A stretch of 28,548 nucleotides of DNA, from assembly GCA_030599705.1 (NCBI GenBank), contig JAUVNM010000001.1:1-28548 (forward strand). The letters run 5' to 3'. The notes beneath the pieces are model-generated. The model was not told the origin of the DNA. It did no database searches and saw only the letters and a list, made by a program, of their open reading frames with translations. Below are positions 1 to 12,400 of this stretch, piece after piece (position 1 is the first letter of the stretch; each line of letters begins with the position of its first letter). The DNA is from Gammaproteobacteria bacterium. GTDB lineage: Bacteria; Pseudomonadota; Gammaproteobacteria; UBA9214. The position numbers and the translations under genes are program-made.

Positions 1-459
1 GTGGGTGGATGCCTGTGCCCGGTGTGCCGTTCCGAACGCATCCATGACATAGATGTCGCACAGGGCAGCCATTTTCTTCGCCAACTCGTCATCATTGCTC
101 TTCTCGCCCGCGTTGAATCTTACGTTCTCGCACAGGACGACTTCACCATTTCGCATTTCGCCAACGCCGTTGACCCAGTCCTTGACCATTTCAACATTAT
201 GGCCAAGCAAGGCGGCCATGTGCTCACCCACCGGGATCATGGAGAACTGTTCATCGTACTCACCTTCAACGGGACGTCCCAGGTGGGACATCACCATCAC
301 CTTTGCACCTGCGTTCATCGCATGCTCGATGGTTGGCAGGGAAGCCACGATACGCTTGTCACTGGTGACCTTGCCGTCCCTGACGGGCACATTCAGGTCC
401 TGGCGTATCAGCACGCGCTTGCCGTGAAGATCGAGATCAGTCATCTTGATGACAGGCAT
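1..459 (-). CDS. pgk: Phosphoglycerate kinase, N-terminal part (truncated by window edge)
   Basis: Not in the ORF track. Manual minus-strand translation from ATG at 459 gives [26 protein letters not shown]...SHLGRP...CENVRFN...[15 protein letters not shown], which has the PGK motifs. GGAG SD upstream; directly follows gap. Confidence 0.96.
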   Translation of the reverse strand, partial: MPVIKMTDLDLHGKRVLIRQDLNVPVRDGKVTSDKRIVASLPTIEHAMNAGAKVMVMSHLGRPVEGEYDEQFSMIPVGEHMAALLGHNVEMVKDWVNGVGEMRNGEVVLCENVRFNAGEKSNDDELAKKMAALCDIYVMDAFGTAHRAQASTH

Positions 460-515
460 GAAATACTCCAGTAGTCAGGTGTGACAAAACATTAAAACTG
501 GCAGCTGCAGGCTTT

Positions 516-1535
<1,020 letters not shown>

Positions 1536-1572
1536 TCAAGCTTGGGTTATGAAGTGGAATTCTTTGCAGTCG

Positions 1573-3564
1573 CTAGAGAACGTCTTCGACAGCCTTTGCA
1601 ACATTCTCTGTCGTGATGCCAAAATGCTTGTAGACTTCACCTGCCGGCGCGGATTCACCGAAGGTATCGAGACCGATCACCTTGCCGTCAAGACCGACAT
1701 ACTTGCGCCAGTAATCCGTCACACCGGCCTCGACCGCAACACGTGCAGTGACCGCTGCAGGCAGTACCGATTCACGGTAAGCCGCGTCCTGTGAATCGAA
1801 CACATTGGTAGACGGCATGGAAACCACACGGATGTTCTTGCCCTTTGCTGCCAGCACCTCTGCCGCTTCCGTTGCCAGACTGACCTCGGAGCCGGTACCG
1901 ATAATGATGGCATCCGGGGTACCGTCACAATCGCGCAGGATATAGCCACCGCGACCAATCGCGGCAATCTGGTCACCGGTGCGTTGCTGGTGCGGCAGGT
2001 TCTGGCGCGAGAATATCAGGCAGCTCGGGCCAGCGGAGTTGTCCACGGCGGCCTTCCAGGCAACAGCGGACTCGACGGCATCACAGGGACGCCACACCAA
2101 CATGTGCGGGATCATGCGCAGGGTCGCCGTCTGTTCCACGGGCTGGTGGGTCGGTCCGTCTTCGCCCAGCCCGATCGAATCATGGGTATAGACAAAGATG
2201 CTGTGCGCCTTCATCAGGGCCGCCATGCGCAGGGCATTCCGCGCATATTCAGAAAACATCAGAAAGGTCGCGCCGTAGGGGATGAAACCGCCGTGCAACG
2301 CAATACCGTTCATGATGGCGGACATGCCGAACTCGCGCACACCGTAATGGATGTAGTTCCCGCCAGTTCCCTTGTTGATGTCCTCGGAACCGGACCAGAT
2401 GGTCAGGTTGGAACCGGCCAGATCAGCCGAACCACCGAGCAACTCGGGTAGCAGCGGGCCATAGCCATTGAGTGTATTCTGCGAGGCCTTGCGGGATGCA
2501 ATGGTCTCGGCCTTGTCATTGACGGCTGCAATAAAGTCCTGTGACTTTGCCTCCCAGTCAGCCGGCAGTTCACCGGCCATGCGTTGCTCGAACGCGGCTG
2601 CCAGGTCCGGGTGCGCTTCCTTGTAGGCATCAAACACGGTATTCCAGTCGGCCTCGTCCCTGGCGCCCTTGTTTTTTGCATTCCAGCCGGCATAGATATC
2701 ATCCGGCACTTCGAATGGAGCATACGACCAGCCGATATTTTCACGGGTTGCGGCAATCTCGTCATCACCGAGCGGCGCGCCGTGGCAATCGTGGGTACCG
2801 GCCAGGTTCGGCGCACCGAAACCGATCACGGTCTTGCAGCAGATCAGGCTCGGCTTGTCAGTCACCGCACGGGCTGCTTCGATTGCCTTGCGGATGGAAT
2901 CCGGGTCATGGCCGTCAACACCACGCACCACGTGCCACTGGTAGGCCTCGAAGCGCTTCGGCGTGTCATCGGTAAACCAGCCGGTTACGTGTCCATCAAT
3001 GGAAATCCCGTTGTCGTCCCAGAAGGCCATCAGTTTGCCCAGCTTCAGGGTGCCGGCAAGGGAACAGGACTCGTGGGAAATACCTTCCATCATGCAGCCG
3101 TCGCCCATGAAGGCATAGGTGTAGTGATCGACGATATTGTGACCGTCACGGTTAAACTGTGCGGCCAGGACCTTTTCAGCGGTGGCCATACCGACGGCAT
3201 TGGTAATGCCCTGTCCGAGCGGACCGGTCGTGGTTTCAATGCCCGGCGCGTAACCGTATTCGGGATGCCCCGGGGTCCTCGAATGCAGCTGGCGGAACTG
3301 CTTGAGGTCCTCGATACCCAGATCGTAACCGCTGAGGTGCAGCAGGGAATAGAGCAGCATGGAACCATGCCCGTTGGACAGTACAAACCGGTCACGATCC
3401 GCCCAATCCGGGTTTGCCGGGTTATGCTGCAGATAGTCGTTCCACAAGACTTCGGCGATATCCGCCATACCCATCGGGGCACCGGGATGACCGGATTTTG
3501 CCTTTTGCACTGCGTCCATACTGAGTGCACGTATTGCATTTGCGAGTTGTCTACGCTGGGCCAT
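1573..3564 (-). CDS. tkt: Transketolase
   Basis: [55 protein letters not shown]; AGGAG SD. Confidence 0.98.
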   Translation of the reverse strand: MAQRRQLANAIRALSMDAVQKAKSGHPGAPMGMADIAEVLWNDYLQHNPANPDWADRDRFVLSNGHGSMLLYSLLHLSGYDLGIEDLKQFRQLHSRTPGHPEYGYAPGIETTTGPLGQGITNAVGMATAEKVLAAQFNRDGHNIVDHYTYAFMGDGCMMEGISHESCSLAGTLKLGKLMAFWDDNGISIDGHVTGWFTDDTPKRFEAYQWHVVRGVDGHDPDSIRKAIEAARAVTDKPSLICCKTVIGFGAPNLAGTHDCHGAPLGDDEIAATRENIGWSYAPFEVPDDIYAGWNAKNKGARDEADWNTVFDAYKEAHPDLAAAFEQRMAGELPADWEAKSQDFIAAVNDKAETIASRKASQNTLNGYGPLLPELLGGSADLAGSNLTIWSGSEDINKGTGGNYIHYGVREFGMSAIMNGIALHGGFIPYGATFLMFSEYARNALRMAALMKAHSIFVYTHDSIGLGEDGPTHQPVEQTATLRMIPHMLVWRPCDAVESAVAWKAAVDNSAGPSCLIFSRQNLPHQQRTGDQIAAIGRGGYILRDCDGTPDAIIIGTGSEVSLATEAAEVLAAKGKNIRVVSMPSTNVFDSQDAAYRESVLPAAVTARVAVEAGVTDYWRKYVGLDGKVIGLDTFGESAPAGEVYKHFGITTENVAKAVEDVL

Positions 3565-3589
3565 GATTTTCTCCTGTACAGATTTGAAT

Positions 3590-3618
3590 AATTTATATTC
3601 GCCAGTACCGGTGGCGAA
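3590..3618 (-). promoter_or_regulatory. Possible proximal sigma70 promoter for tkt
   Basis: Minus strand TTCGCC-17 nt-TAAATT about 25 nt upstream of the ATG. Weak consensus match; overlaps the ttcgcca/tggcgaa hairpin. Confidence 0.25.
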
Positions 3619-3678
3619 ATCGGGTGTCTGTTCCAGTGTCAGCCGCGCCTGGAAGTGCCGGGGCGCAGACTCAGTGGC

Positions 3679-3714
3679 AAGAAAAGCCCCGGGTGCCGAT
3701 CATTGCACCGAGGC
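3679..3714 (-). terminator. Intrinsic terminator-like hairpin upstream of tkt
   Basis: Minus strand GCCTCGGTGC-aatgatcg-GCACCCGGGGC-TTTTCTT: 10-bp stem (one bulge, one G-U) followed by a U-tract. Confidence 0.6.
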
Positions 3715-3803
3715 GTTTGACCACATCGAAATTCTTCAGATTGTGCCGGGAGCCCACTCCCGCCGCCATCCGGATACGTGTCCCCACAATGGCGCAGCGC
3801 GCT

Positions 3804-3832
3804 ATTTTCCCCTAGTTTGTCCCGTTCGGCAA
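3804..3832 (-). promoter_or_regulatory. Predicted sigma70 promoter facing tkt
   Basis: Minus strand TTGCCG (3832-3827), 17-nt spacer, GAAAAT (3809-3804). Predicted start near 3797. Confidence 0.5.
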
Positions 3833-3834
3833 TA

Positions 3835-3863
3835 GCCGGGGGCAGCGGCTACCCTGCCCCGGC
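3835..3863 (-). terminator. GC-rich hairpin downstream of the redoxin gene, probable terminator
   Basis: gccgggggcag / ctgccccggc arms (10 bp, one bulge), 8-nt loop, about 45 nt after the redoxin stop. U-tract is weak. Confidence 0.4.
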
Positions 3864-3870
3864 AGAAACC

Positions 3871-3902
3871 TGTAATATATATATATTTCAATATGTTATA
3901 CA
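3871..3902. promoter_or_regulatory. AT-rich tract with an IHF-like site
   Basis: AATATATATATATT palindrome (3874-3887). TTTCAATATGTTA (3886-3898) matches WATCAANNNNTTR with one mismatch. Confidence 0.3.
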
Positions 3903-3909
3903 CTACCGG

Positions 3910-4479
3910 CTAGTCCGCATCGACGGCATCGCGCCACTTGATCGAGCAGCCCATCCCCGCTGTCTGATCTGCCGGCCCCTGTCCGGTCGCCCCTGCCTGC
4001 CGCATGGCCAGGAACAGGTCCCGCCGGGTATCGGGGGCGGCGGCCTGCTTGCGGCTGGCATCCAGCTGCCCGCGGTACTGCAACTCCAGGCTCCGGTTAT
4101 AGCCAAAGAAATCCGGGGTGCACACCGCACCATAAGCCCTGGCAACCGCCTGTGATTCATCCAGCAGGTAGGGAAACGGGAAAGCAAATTCCCGTGCCAC
4201 GGCCTGCATGTTCTCGAAACTGTCTTCCTTATATAAAGCTGGATCGTTGGACATGATGGCCACGCTGTGGACACCGAGATCAAATAATTCGCGGGTATCG
4301 CGTACCAGCCGCTCGCGGATGGCCTGCACGTAGGGGCAATGATTGCAGATAAACATCACCAGCAGGCCGTTCGGTCCCCGACACGCTTCCAGTGTCCAGT
4401 CGTTCCCGTCGATACCGGGAAGCGTGAAATCAATGGCGGGTTTGCCAAATTCACATACCGGTGTTTCCAGACTGACCAT
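3910..4479 (-). CDS. Thioredoxin-fold redoxin (AhpC/TSA-like family protein)
   Basis: FICNHCPYV CxxC motif, YGAVCTPDFF, YRGQLD, GCSIKW; GGAG SD. Confidence 0.88.
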   Translation of the reverse strand: MVSLETPVCEFGKPAIDFTLPGIDGNDWTLEACRGPNGLLVMFICNHCPYVQAIRERLVRDTRELFDLGVHSVAIMSNDPALYKEDSFENMQAVAREFAFPFPYLLDESQAVARAYGAVCTPDFFGYNRSLELQYRGQLDASRKQAAAPDTRRDLFLAMRQAGATGQGPADQTAGMGCSIKWRDAVDAD

Positions 4480-4537
4480 GACAAGCTCCTGCTGCTGAGG
4501 GGAGGGATAACTCTATGCGAAATGGGGCAGTTTGTCT

Positions 4538-4594
4538 GGCGGAATAAATTCCGCCCTACAACACCGTTAATTGTAGGGCCGAATTTATTCGGCC
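4538..4594. repeat. REP doublet (REPIN-like inverted pair)
   Basis: GGCGGAATAAATTCCGCCCTACA-11 nt-TGTAGGGCCGAATTTATTCGGCC. Each unit is GTAG plus an imperfect palindrome; the whole element recurs at 24521-24577. Confidence 0.85.
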
Positions 4595-4692
4595 TGTTAC
4601 AAGCTGAGCCACTACCCGAAATGGGCACATGGTGAAAATATCCCCATCGTAAGGTAGACTTCAATGTTTAACTAATACAATAGATAAAATAT

Positions 4693-5880
4693 ATGTCCGG
4701 TTCTCATACGTTTACCTCCGAATCCGTGTCCGAGGGGCACCCCGACAAGGTCGCCGACCAGATCTCGGATGCCGTCCTTGATGCCATCCTGGAGCAGGAT
4801 GCGCGCGCGCGCGTTGCCTGCGAAACACTGGTCAAGACCGGCATGGTCATCATCGCCGGCGAAGTCACCACCTCGGCCTGGGTCGACCTGGAAGCCATCG
4901 TCCGTCAGACCGTGCGCGAGATCGGTTACAACAGTTCCAGGATCGGCTTTGACTGGGAGTCCTGCGCGGTACTCAATGCCATCGGCAAACAGTCACAGGA
5001 TATCGCCATGGGGGTGGACGAGAGCGAGGACCACGAACAGGGTGCCGGGGACCAGGGCCTGATGTTCGGATATGCCTCCAGCGAGACCGACGTGCTGATG
5101 CCGGCCCCAATCACCTACGCGCATCGCCTGGTCAAACGCCAGGCAGAGGTCCGCAAAAACGGCACCCTGCCCTGGTTGCGCCCGGATGCCAAGAGCCAGA
5201 TCACCTTCCGCTACGAGAATGACCGGCCGGTCGGTATCGATGCCGTAGTGCTATCGACCCAGCATGACCCGGACATGGAACTCAAAGCAATCCGCGAAGC
5301 GGTCATGGACGAAATCATCAAACCGGTGCTGCCGGGTGAGTGGCTGGACCAGTGCCCGCAGGAACATATCCACATCAACCCGACCGGGCGTTTCGTCATC
5401 GGCGGCCCGGTGGGCGATTGCGGCCTCACCGGACGCAAGATCATTGTAGATACCTACGGAGGCATGGCGCGCCACGGTGGCGGCGCCTTTTCCGGCAAGG
5501 ACCCCAGCAAGGTGGATCGTTCCGCCACCTACGCGGCCCGTTACGTGGCAAAAAATATTGTTGCCGCCGGTCTCGCCGAGCGCTGCGAGATCCAGGTGTC
5601 CTACGCCATCGGTGTTGCCGAGCCCACCTCGATCAGCATCGAGACCTTCGGCACCGGGCAGCTGGATGAAGCCCGGATGGTTGAGCTGGTGCGCGAGCAT
5701 TTCGACCTGCGCCCGCGCGGCCTGGTCGCCATGCTCGATCTCCTCAAGCCCGGCTACCGGCCCACGGCCGCCTACGGCCATTTCGGGCGTGAAGACAGGG
5801 ATTTCAGCTGGGAGAAAACCGACAAGGCGGAGGTGCTGCGCGATGCCGCGGGACTGAGCCAAACGCACCAGGCCGTATAA
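4693..5880 (+). CDS. metK: S-adenosylmethionine synthetase
   Basis: [49 protein letters not shown]. Confidence 0.98.
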   Translation: MSGSHTFTSESVSEGHPDKVADQISDAVLDAILEQDARARVACETLVKTGMVIIAGEVTTSAWVDLEAIVRQTVREIGYNSSRIGFDWESCAVLNAIGKQSQDIAMGVDESEDHEQGAGDQGLMFGYASSETDVLMPAPITYAHRLVKRQAEVRKNGTLPWLRPDAKSQITFRYENDRPVGIDAVVLSTQHDPDMELKAIREAVMDEIIKPVLPGEWLDQCPQEHIHINPTGRFVIGGPVGDCGLTGRKIIVDTYGGMARHGGGAFSGKDPSKVDRSATYAARYVAKNIVAAGLAERCEIQVSYAIGVAEPTSISIETFGTGQLDEARMVELVREHFDLRPRGLVAMLDLLKPGYRPTAAYGHFGREDRDFSWEKTDKAEVLRDAAGLSQTHQAV

Positions 5881-5896
5881 CAATACGAGGTACATA

Positions 5897-7312
<1,416 letters not shown>

Positions 7313-7315
<3 letters not shown>

Positions 7316-7366
7316 AAAAAAAGGGGTCAGACCCATTTAGAAAAAAGGGGTCTGACCCCTTTTTTT
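7313..7366. repeat. Tandem palindromic unit / terminator-like inverted repeat
   Basis: Two units of TAGAAAAAA(A)GGGGTC(A/T)GACCC. 7316-7334 is the exact reverse complement of 7348-7366 (19 bp); ends in T7. Confidence 0.8.
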
Positions 7367-7376
7367 GCCAACCCGA

Positions 7377-8225
7377 ATGAAAACCAACACTCCCGTTTAC
7401 AGCTTCGAGTTTTTTCCGCCAAAGACCGCTGAAGGCGTAAAAAAACTCGAGGCCACCAGCCAGGCCCTGGCGGCGCTGAAGCCCGGGTTTTTCTCGGTCA
7501 CCTTCGGCGCCGGCGGCTCGACCCGCGACCGGACTTTCGAGACCGTCATCGATATCCAGGAGAAATCCGGTATCGAGGTCGCGCCGCACCTGTCCTGTAT
7601 CAGCTCGACACGGGAAAATATCCACGAAATCCTCAGCGCCTACCGGGACCAGGATATCAGGCACATGGTGGCGCTGCGCGGGGATATCCCTTCGGGAACA
7701 GTAGAGGCCGGCGAGTTCCGCTACGCGAATGAACTGGTCTCTTTCATCCGCGAGGAAACCGGCGACCATTTCCATATCGAGGTGGCCGCCTATCCCGAGT
7801 ATCACCCGCAAGCCAGCAGCCCGGACCGCGACTTTGCCAACTTCAAACGCAAGATCGAGGCCGGCGCTGACAGCGCCATTACCCAGTACTTCTACAATAC
7901 GGACGCCTTTTTCAGGTTTACCGACCATTGCGAGGCCGCCGGCATCGATATCCCCGTTGTACCCGGTATCATGCCAATCACCAACTATTACCAGCTGGCA
8001 CGCTTCTCCGACAACTGCGGCGCCGAAATTCCGCGCTGGATTCGCAAGCGTCTCGAGGCCTACGGCGAAGACCTGGAATCCATTCGTGCATTCGGCGAAG
8101 AGGTCGTCACCGGCGTGTGTGCACGGCTGGTCGAGCAGGGAGTATCCGGCCTGCATTTTTACACCCTGAATCGCGCAGAACCCTCCATTGCGATCTGGAA
8201 AAACCTGGGAATTGGCAACAGCTGA
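7377..8225 (+). CDS. metF: 5,10-methylenetetrahydrofolate reductase
   Basis: SFEFFPPKT, SVTFGAGGSTR, ALRGD, AYPEYHP, AITQYFY, GLHFYTLN. ATG at 7377 preferred over TTG at 7365, which lies in the repeat's T-run. Confidence 0.96.
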   Translation: MKTNTPVYSFEFFPPKTAEGVKKLEATSQALAALKPGFFSVTFGAGGSTRDRTFETVIDIQEKSGIEVAPHLSCISSTRENIHEILSAYRDQDIRHMVALRGDIPSGTVEAGEFRYANELVSFIREETGDHFHIEVAAYPEYHPQASSPDRDFANFKRKIEAGADSAITQYFYNTDAFFRFTDHCEAAGIDIPVVPGIMPITNYYQLARFSDNCGAEIPRWIRKRLEAYGEDLESIRAFGEEVVTGVCARLVEQGVSGLHFYTLNRAEPSIAIWKNLGIGNS

Positions 8226-8292
8226 ACCGGTTGTTTGAATATACCGGTGCTTCGTTACTGACCGGATACCGGTATTTAGCGGAAACCCGGCA

Positions 8293-9027
8293 ATGCATAT
8301 TCCAAGAATTTATCTACCGCAGACCCTGGTCACCGGGGCAACTCTGGTCCTGGATGAGCAGGCGGCACACCATGTAAAACAGGTGCTGCGCCTCGGGCCG
8401 GGCGCAGCATTACAGGTCTTCGATGGTGACGGTTCGGAACATCATGCCAGTGTGCTGGGCGTGCAGCGCACCCGTGTGTCTGTCGAGATCGGCGCGGCGT
8501 ACACCTCGAGTACCGAATCTTCACTAAATATTATCCTGGCACAGGGAGTCCCGCGCGGTGACCGCATGGATTTCATTGTGCAAAAGGCGGTTGAGCTGGG
8601 TGTCAACACAATCCAGCCACTGTGGATGGAACGCAGCCAGGCACGCACAAAAGGAGAACGGCTGGAGAAACGCATGCGGCACTGGCGGACTATCATGATC
8701 AATGCCTGCGAACAATGTGGCCGCAGCACACTGCCCGGCATTGACAGGCCTGCGTCTTTTACAACCTGGCTGGATACCGGTCTCACAGCAGATATCCGGA
8801 TTCTGCTGGACCCCGAAGCCGGCAACTCGCTCACCGGCCTCGAGCCGCCGCGGGGATCGATTCTGTTGCTGGCAGGCCCTGAAGGCGGCATTAGTGATAG
8901 CGAACAGCGGCACGCTGAGCGCACCGGTTTTACCTCGATAGTACTCGGCCCGAGAGTCCTGCGAACGGAGACTGCCTCACTTGCGCTACTGGCAAGCCTG
9001 CAGGCCTTGTGGGGGGATTTTCGCTAG
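8293..9027 (+). CDS. rsmE: 16S rRNA m3U1498 methyltransferase
   Basis: RMDFIVQKAVELG, ACEQCGR, GPEGG, LGPRVLRTETA. Confidence 0.95.
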   Translation: MHIPRIYLPQTLVTGATLVLDEQAAHHVKQVLRLGPGAALQVFDGDGSEHHASVLGVQRTRVSVEIGAAYTSSTESSLNIILAQGVPRGDRMDFIVQKAVELGVNTIQPLWMERSQARTKGERLEKRMRHWRTIMINACEQCGRSTLPGIDRPASFTTWLDTGLTADIRILLDPEAGNSLTGLEPPRGSILLLAGPEGGISDSEQRHAERTGFTSIVLGPRVLRTETASLALLASLQALWGDFR

Positions 9028-9488
9028 GCGGCAATATCCTGGAACTGTTCCAGCAGCCCCTGGCTATAGTCCAGGTCCGGGATCACGGCGCTTTCACTGT
9101 TGACGGTGACACGACACTGCAGCGCATCCAGTGTTGAAATTTCCATGTCCTCTGCCGTGTTCTCGTCAAACCGGACCAGCCGGGGCAATCCGGCTGCGAC
9201 AACAGCATAAAAGCGCACCGCACTGTCAGGTCGTACCGAATTGACAATCATCAACCGTGAGTACACCAGGTTTGCCGGCACCTTGTGGCCACATAACACC
9301 TCCAGCGAAATAACCGGCACAGTCTGACCACGCCACGTGATCGTTCCCAGCAGCCACTCCGGGGTATCCGGAAGTTCCTTCGGCACCTGGTAGCCGCTGA
9401 CTTCCGCGACCGTCACACTCGGTAACAGCATGTTCACGTCCCGTAGCGGGATCCACAGACTGCGTACACTGCCATTTGCATCAGCCAT
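9024..9488 (-). CDS. chpC: CheW-domain protein of the Pil-Chp system (ChpC-like)
   Basis: LLPSVTVAEV, PEWLLGTITWRGQTVPVIS; overlaps the chpA stop; last gene of the cluster. Confidence 0.8.
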   Translation of the reverse strand: MADANGSVRSLWIPLRDVNMLLPSVTVAEVSGYQVPKELPDTPEWLLGTITWRGQTVPVISLEVLCGHKVPANLVYSRLMIVNSVRPDSAVRFYAVVAAGLPRLVRFDENTAEDMEISTLDALQCRVTVNSESAVIPDLDYSQGLLEQFQDIAA

Positions 9489-12400
9489 CTGCGTGCTCCC
9501 GTGACTCGGCCGGCTCGTCTGGCGATATTCCGATCAGACGGTGAATTGTGTCCAGCAACTCGCGTTCCTGGTACGGCTTGCCGAGATAGTGATTAACGCC
9601 GATTTCCCGTGCGCGTTCCCGGTGCTTATCCCCGGTACGCGAGGTGATCATGGTAATCGGTATGTGACGCAGGCGTTCGTTATTCCGCATTTGCGTCGCC
9701 AGCTCAAAACCATCCATCCGCGGCATCTCGATATCCAGCAGCATCATGTCCGGCACGCGGTCCTGCAGCTGACCGATGGCATCAACACCGTCTTTCGCGG
9801 TAACAACCTCGAAACCATAGCGCCGCAGCAGGCGCGTAGTCACCTTGCGCACTGTAATGGAGTCATCTACCACCATGACGGTAAGCTTGTCGTTACCTCC
9901 CGGCACAGCCACATCGGTGGCTGTCGGCTGCCTGGCCTCCATTCGAACAACCGTCGCCAGGTCAAGAATAAGTACTACCCGGCCATCGCCGAGAATAGTT
10001 GCACCGGAGATCCCGTTGACACTACTGAGTTGTACACCAAGCGGCTTAACCACGATTTCACGGTTTCCGTGCATAGCTTCCACCTGCAGCGCGACGCGCT
10101 TCTCGCCGGTGCGAATCAGCAATACCGGCAACCGGTCGCCGGTTTTTCCCGAATCCATGCCGCCGCTATCCAGCAGCGTTCCGAGATGCTTCAGCTGATA
10201 GCTGTTTCCGGCATAGTCATAGGCCGGTTCCTGTTCCGCATAGCAGGCCAGTAACTCGTCCGCCGCAACACGGACAACACCCTCGATACTTCCCAGCGGT
10301 ATACAGAACTTCTCTTCACCGGCGCGCACCAGCAATGCATGATTGATGGCCAGTGTATACGGTAGCCGCATGGTAAACAGACTTCCGTTGCCGGCCTCCG
10401 ATTCAATGCGCAATGAACCACCGAGCTGGCGCACTTCGCTGTTGACAACATCCATTCCTACACCGCGACCTGATATCTGGGTAACTTCACGGGCCGTGCT
10501 GAAACCACTGTGCAGGATAAACTGCATCACTTCATCATCCGCAAGCCCGGAATCCCCTGATATCAACCCGCGTTCAATGGCATGACTGCGAATCGCCTGC
10601 AGGTCAATGCCATGGCCGTCATCGGCAATCTGCAGGACTATCTCGTGACCTTCACGGTAAAAACTGATCTTTATGTTGCCGCATTTCGGCTTGCCGGCGT
10701 TCATTCTCACGGCCGGCTTCTCGATACCGTGATCGACTGCATTGCGCAGCATATGCTCCAGTGGCGCAATGATCCGCTCGATTACCGTGCGGTCCATTTC
10801 GCCTTCGGCCCCTTCCAGGCGCAATTCCACGCTTTTACCCAGCTCATTTGCCGCTTGCCGTACAATTCGGCGCAGACGCGGCGCGAGACTGGCGAACGGA
10901 ATCATCCGTGTCCGCAACAGCCCGTCCTGCAGGTCAGTAGTAACACGTGACTGCTGCAGGAGCAGTGTTTCCGAGTCACGCGTGGTACCGTCCATCATCT
11001 CGCGAATACTCTCAAGGTCCCCAATACTTTCCATCATAGACCGTGTCATTTGCTGCAGGTTGGAATAACGATCCATTTCCAGCGGATCAAAGCCGCTATG
11101 GGTACCACCGGTCTCCTGTTCATAGCGATACAGAATCTGCGTCTCGGTCTCTATTTCCAGGTGGCGCATCTGGTCGCGCAGGCGACTGACGGTCTGCTGC
11201 AATTCATCGATGTTGAACCGGTAGAGACCAAACTGCTGCTCCAGTCGCGACCGGTAAATATTGATCTCGCCCGTATAGTTCACCAGGTTATCCAGCAAGT
11301 CTGCCTGGATGCGCACCTGGTCCGCCCGCACCCGGGTGGCCTTGCGACGCTCCTCGCGTCGCGGCATAACGTCGCTTTGGCGGACATCTTCCGGCGAACT
11401 CGTTACAACTTCCGGCTGTGACGCCTGTTCCCGGGCCGACTGCGCCTCAACGTGTTCATCGGGTACCGATGCAGCCACCGCCACGGCCACCTGCCCCGAC
11501 GGGTCTTCAGAATCTTCCGCGGTCGTGTCTGCCGGTGCGGCCACAGCATCCGCACCGGATCCGGATTCCGGAAACTGCTCTGGCACAGCCTCCGCTGCCT
11601 CCACACCGGGCCCGCCGGTTTCTGCAATATCCGGTTTAATGGTTGCCGATCCATCAGCAAGCTGTTCCAGCCGTTGTTCCAGCTGCTGCGCACTGGCCGG
11701 CATCTCATTCGCCTTGACCTTGTCCAGCATACCCGTCAGTGAATCGTGCGCATCATGCAGGCAGTCAAACAGGCTCCCTGACACCATGACATGACCATCT
11801 ATGACACGCATCAACATGCTCTCCACGCTGTGACTGAGGTCACCGATCGCACCGATCTCGGTCATGCGCGCACCCCCCTTCAGGGTATGCAGCTGGCGCT
11901 GAAACTCGTCGATCAACCCGCGGTTATCGTGGTCATCCTGCCAGGCGCGCAAGGTTGCCTCACTGTTATTGAGGATATCCGTGGCTTCCTCGATAAAGAT
12001 ATCGAGCAATTCCGGATCCATACCGGAAAAATCACCTGCCGGCGCCGCTGGCTCCTCTGTCAACGTCTCCTGCATGACGCCCATGTCATTTGCTGCAACA
12101 TCCTCTGCAACCGGATCAGTCTCTGTATCACCGGCTGCTCCGGTTTCACTGCAACCCGTGTCCGGCACATCCCCTGCGCCTGTTGCTGCTTCTGCCTGCG
12201 GCGCTTCCTGCGCCTCATCTTCAACCACAGGAGGCCTGACCGGCAGCGACTCGATAGCCGCCAGCAGTGAGTTCAGCCGGCCAGTATCACAATCCTGTTC
12301 CGGCAGCTGCTCGACCAGGTCGGCCAGTGCCACGCGGCAGTTCCCAAGCACGTCCACGGCTGCCTCACTGACCGGCAGCTGCTGTTCATTCAATTCACCG

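Noticed and set aside
1-474. Plus-strand ORFs 1..474 and 53..427
   Set aside because: Antisense shadows of pgk, which the track missed because it runs off the window.
2584-3591. 335-aa plus-strand ORF, and similar long antisense ORFs (984..1520, 5251..5895, 6713..7336, 7227..8156, 12815..13684, 16570..17415, 26926..27897, 27167..28102)
   Set aside because: They lie opposite well-supported genes, have no recognisable motifs, and are expected from GC-rich codon bias.
4655-4680. AGACTTCA as a possible MetJ box upstream of metK
   Set aside because: One 6/8 match with no in-register second box; MetJ needs tandem boxes.
8226-8292. Cluster of ACCGG(T) palindromes between metF and rsmE
   Set aside because: ACCGGT is common throughout the window; there is no regular spacing or long stem.
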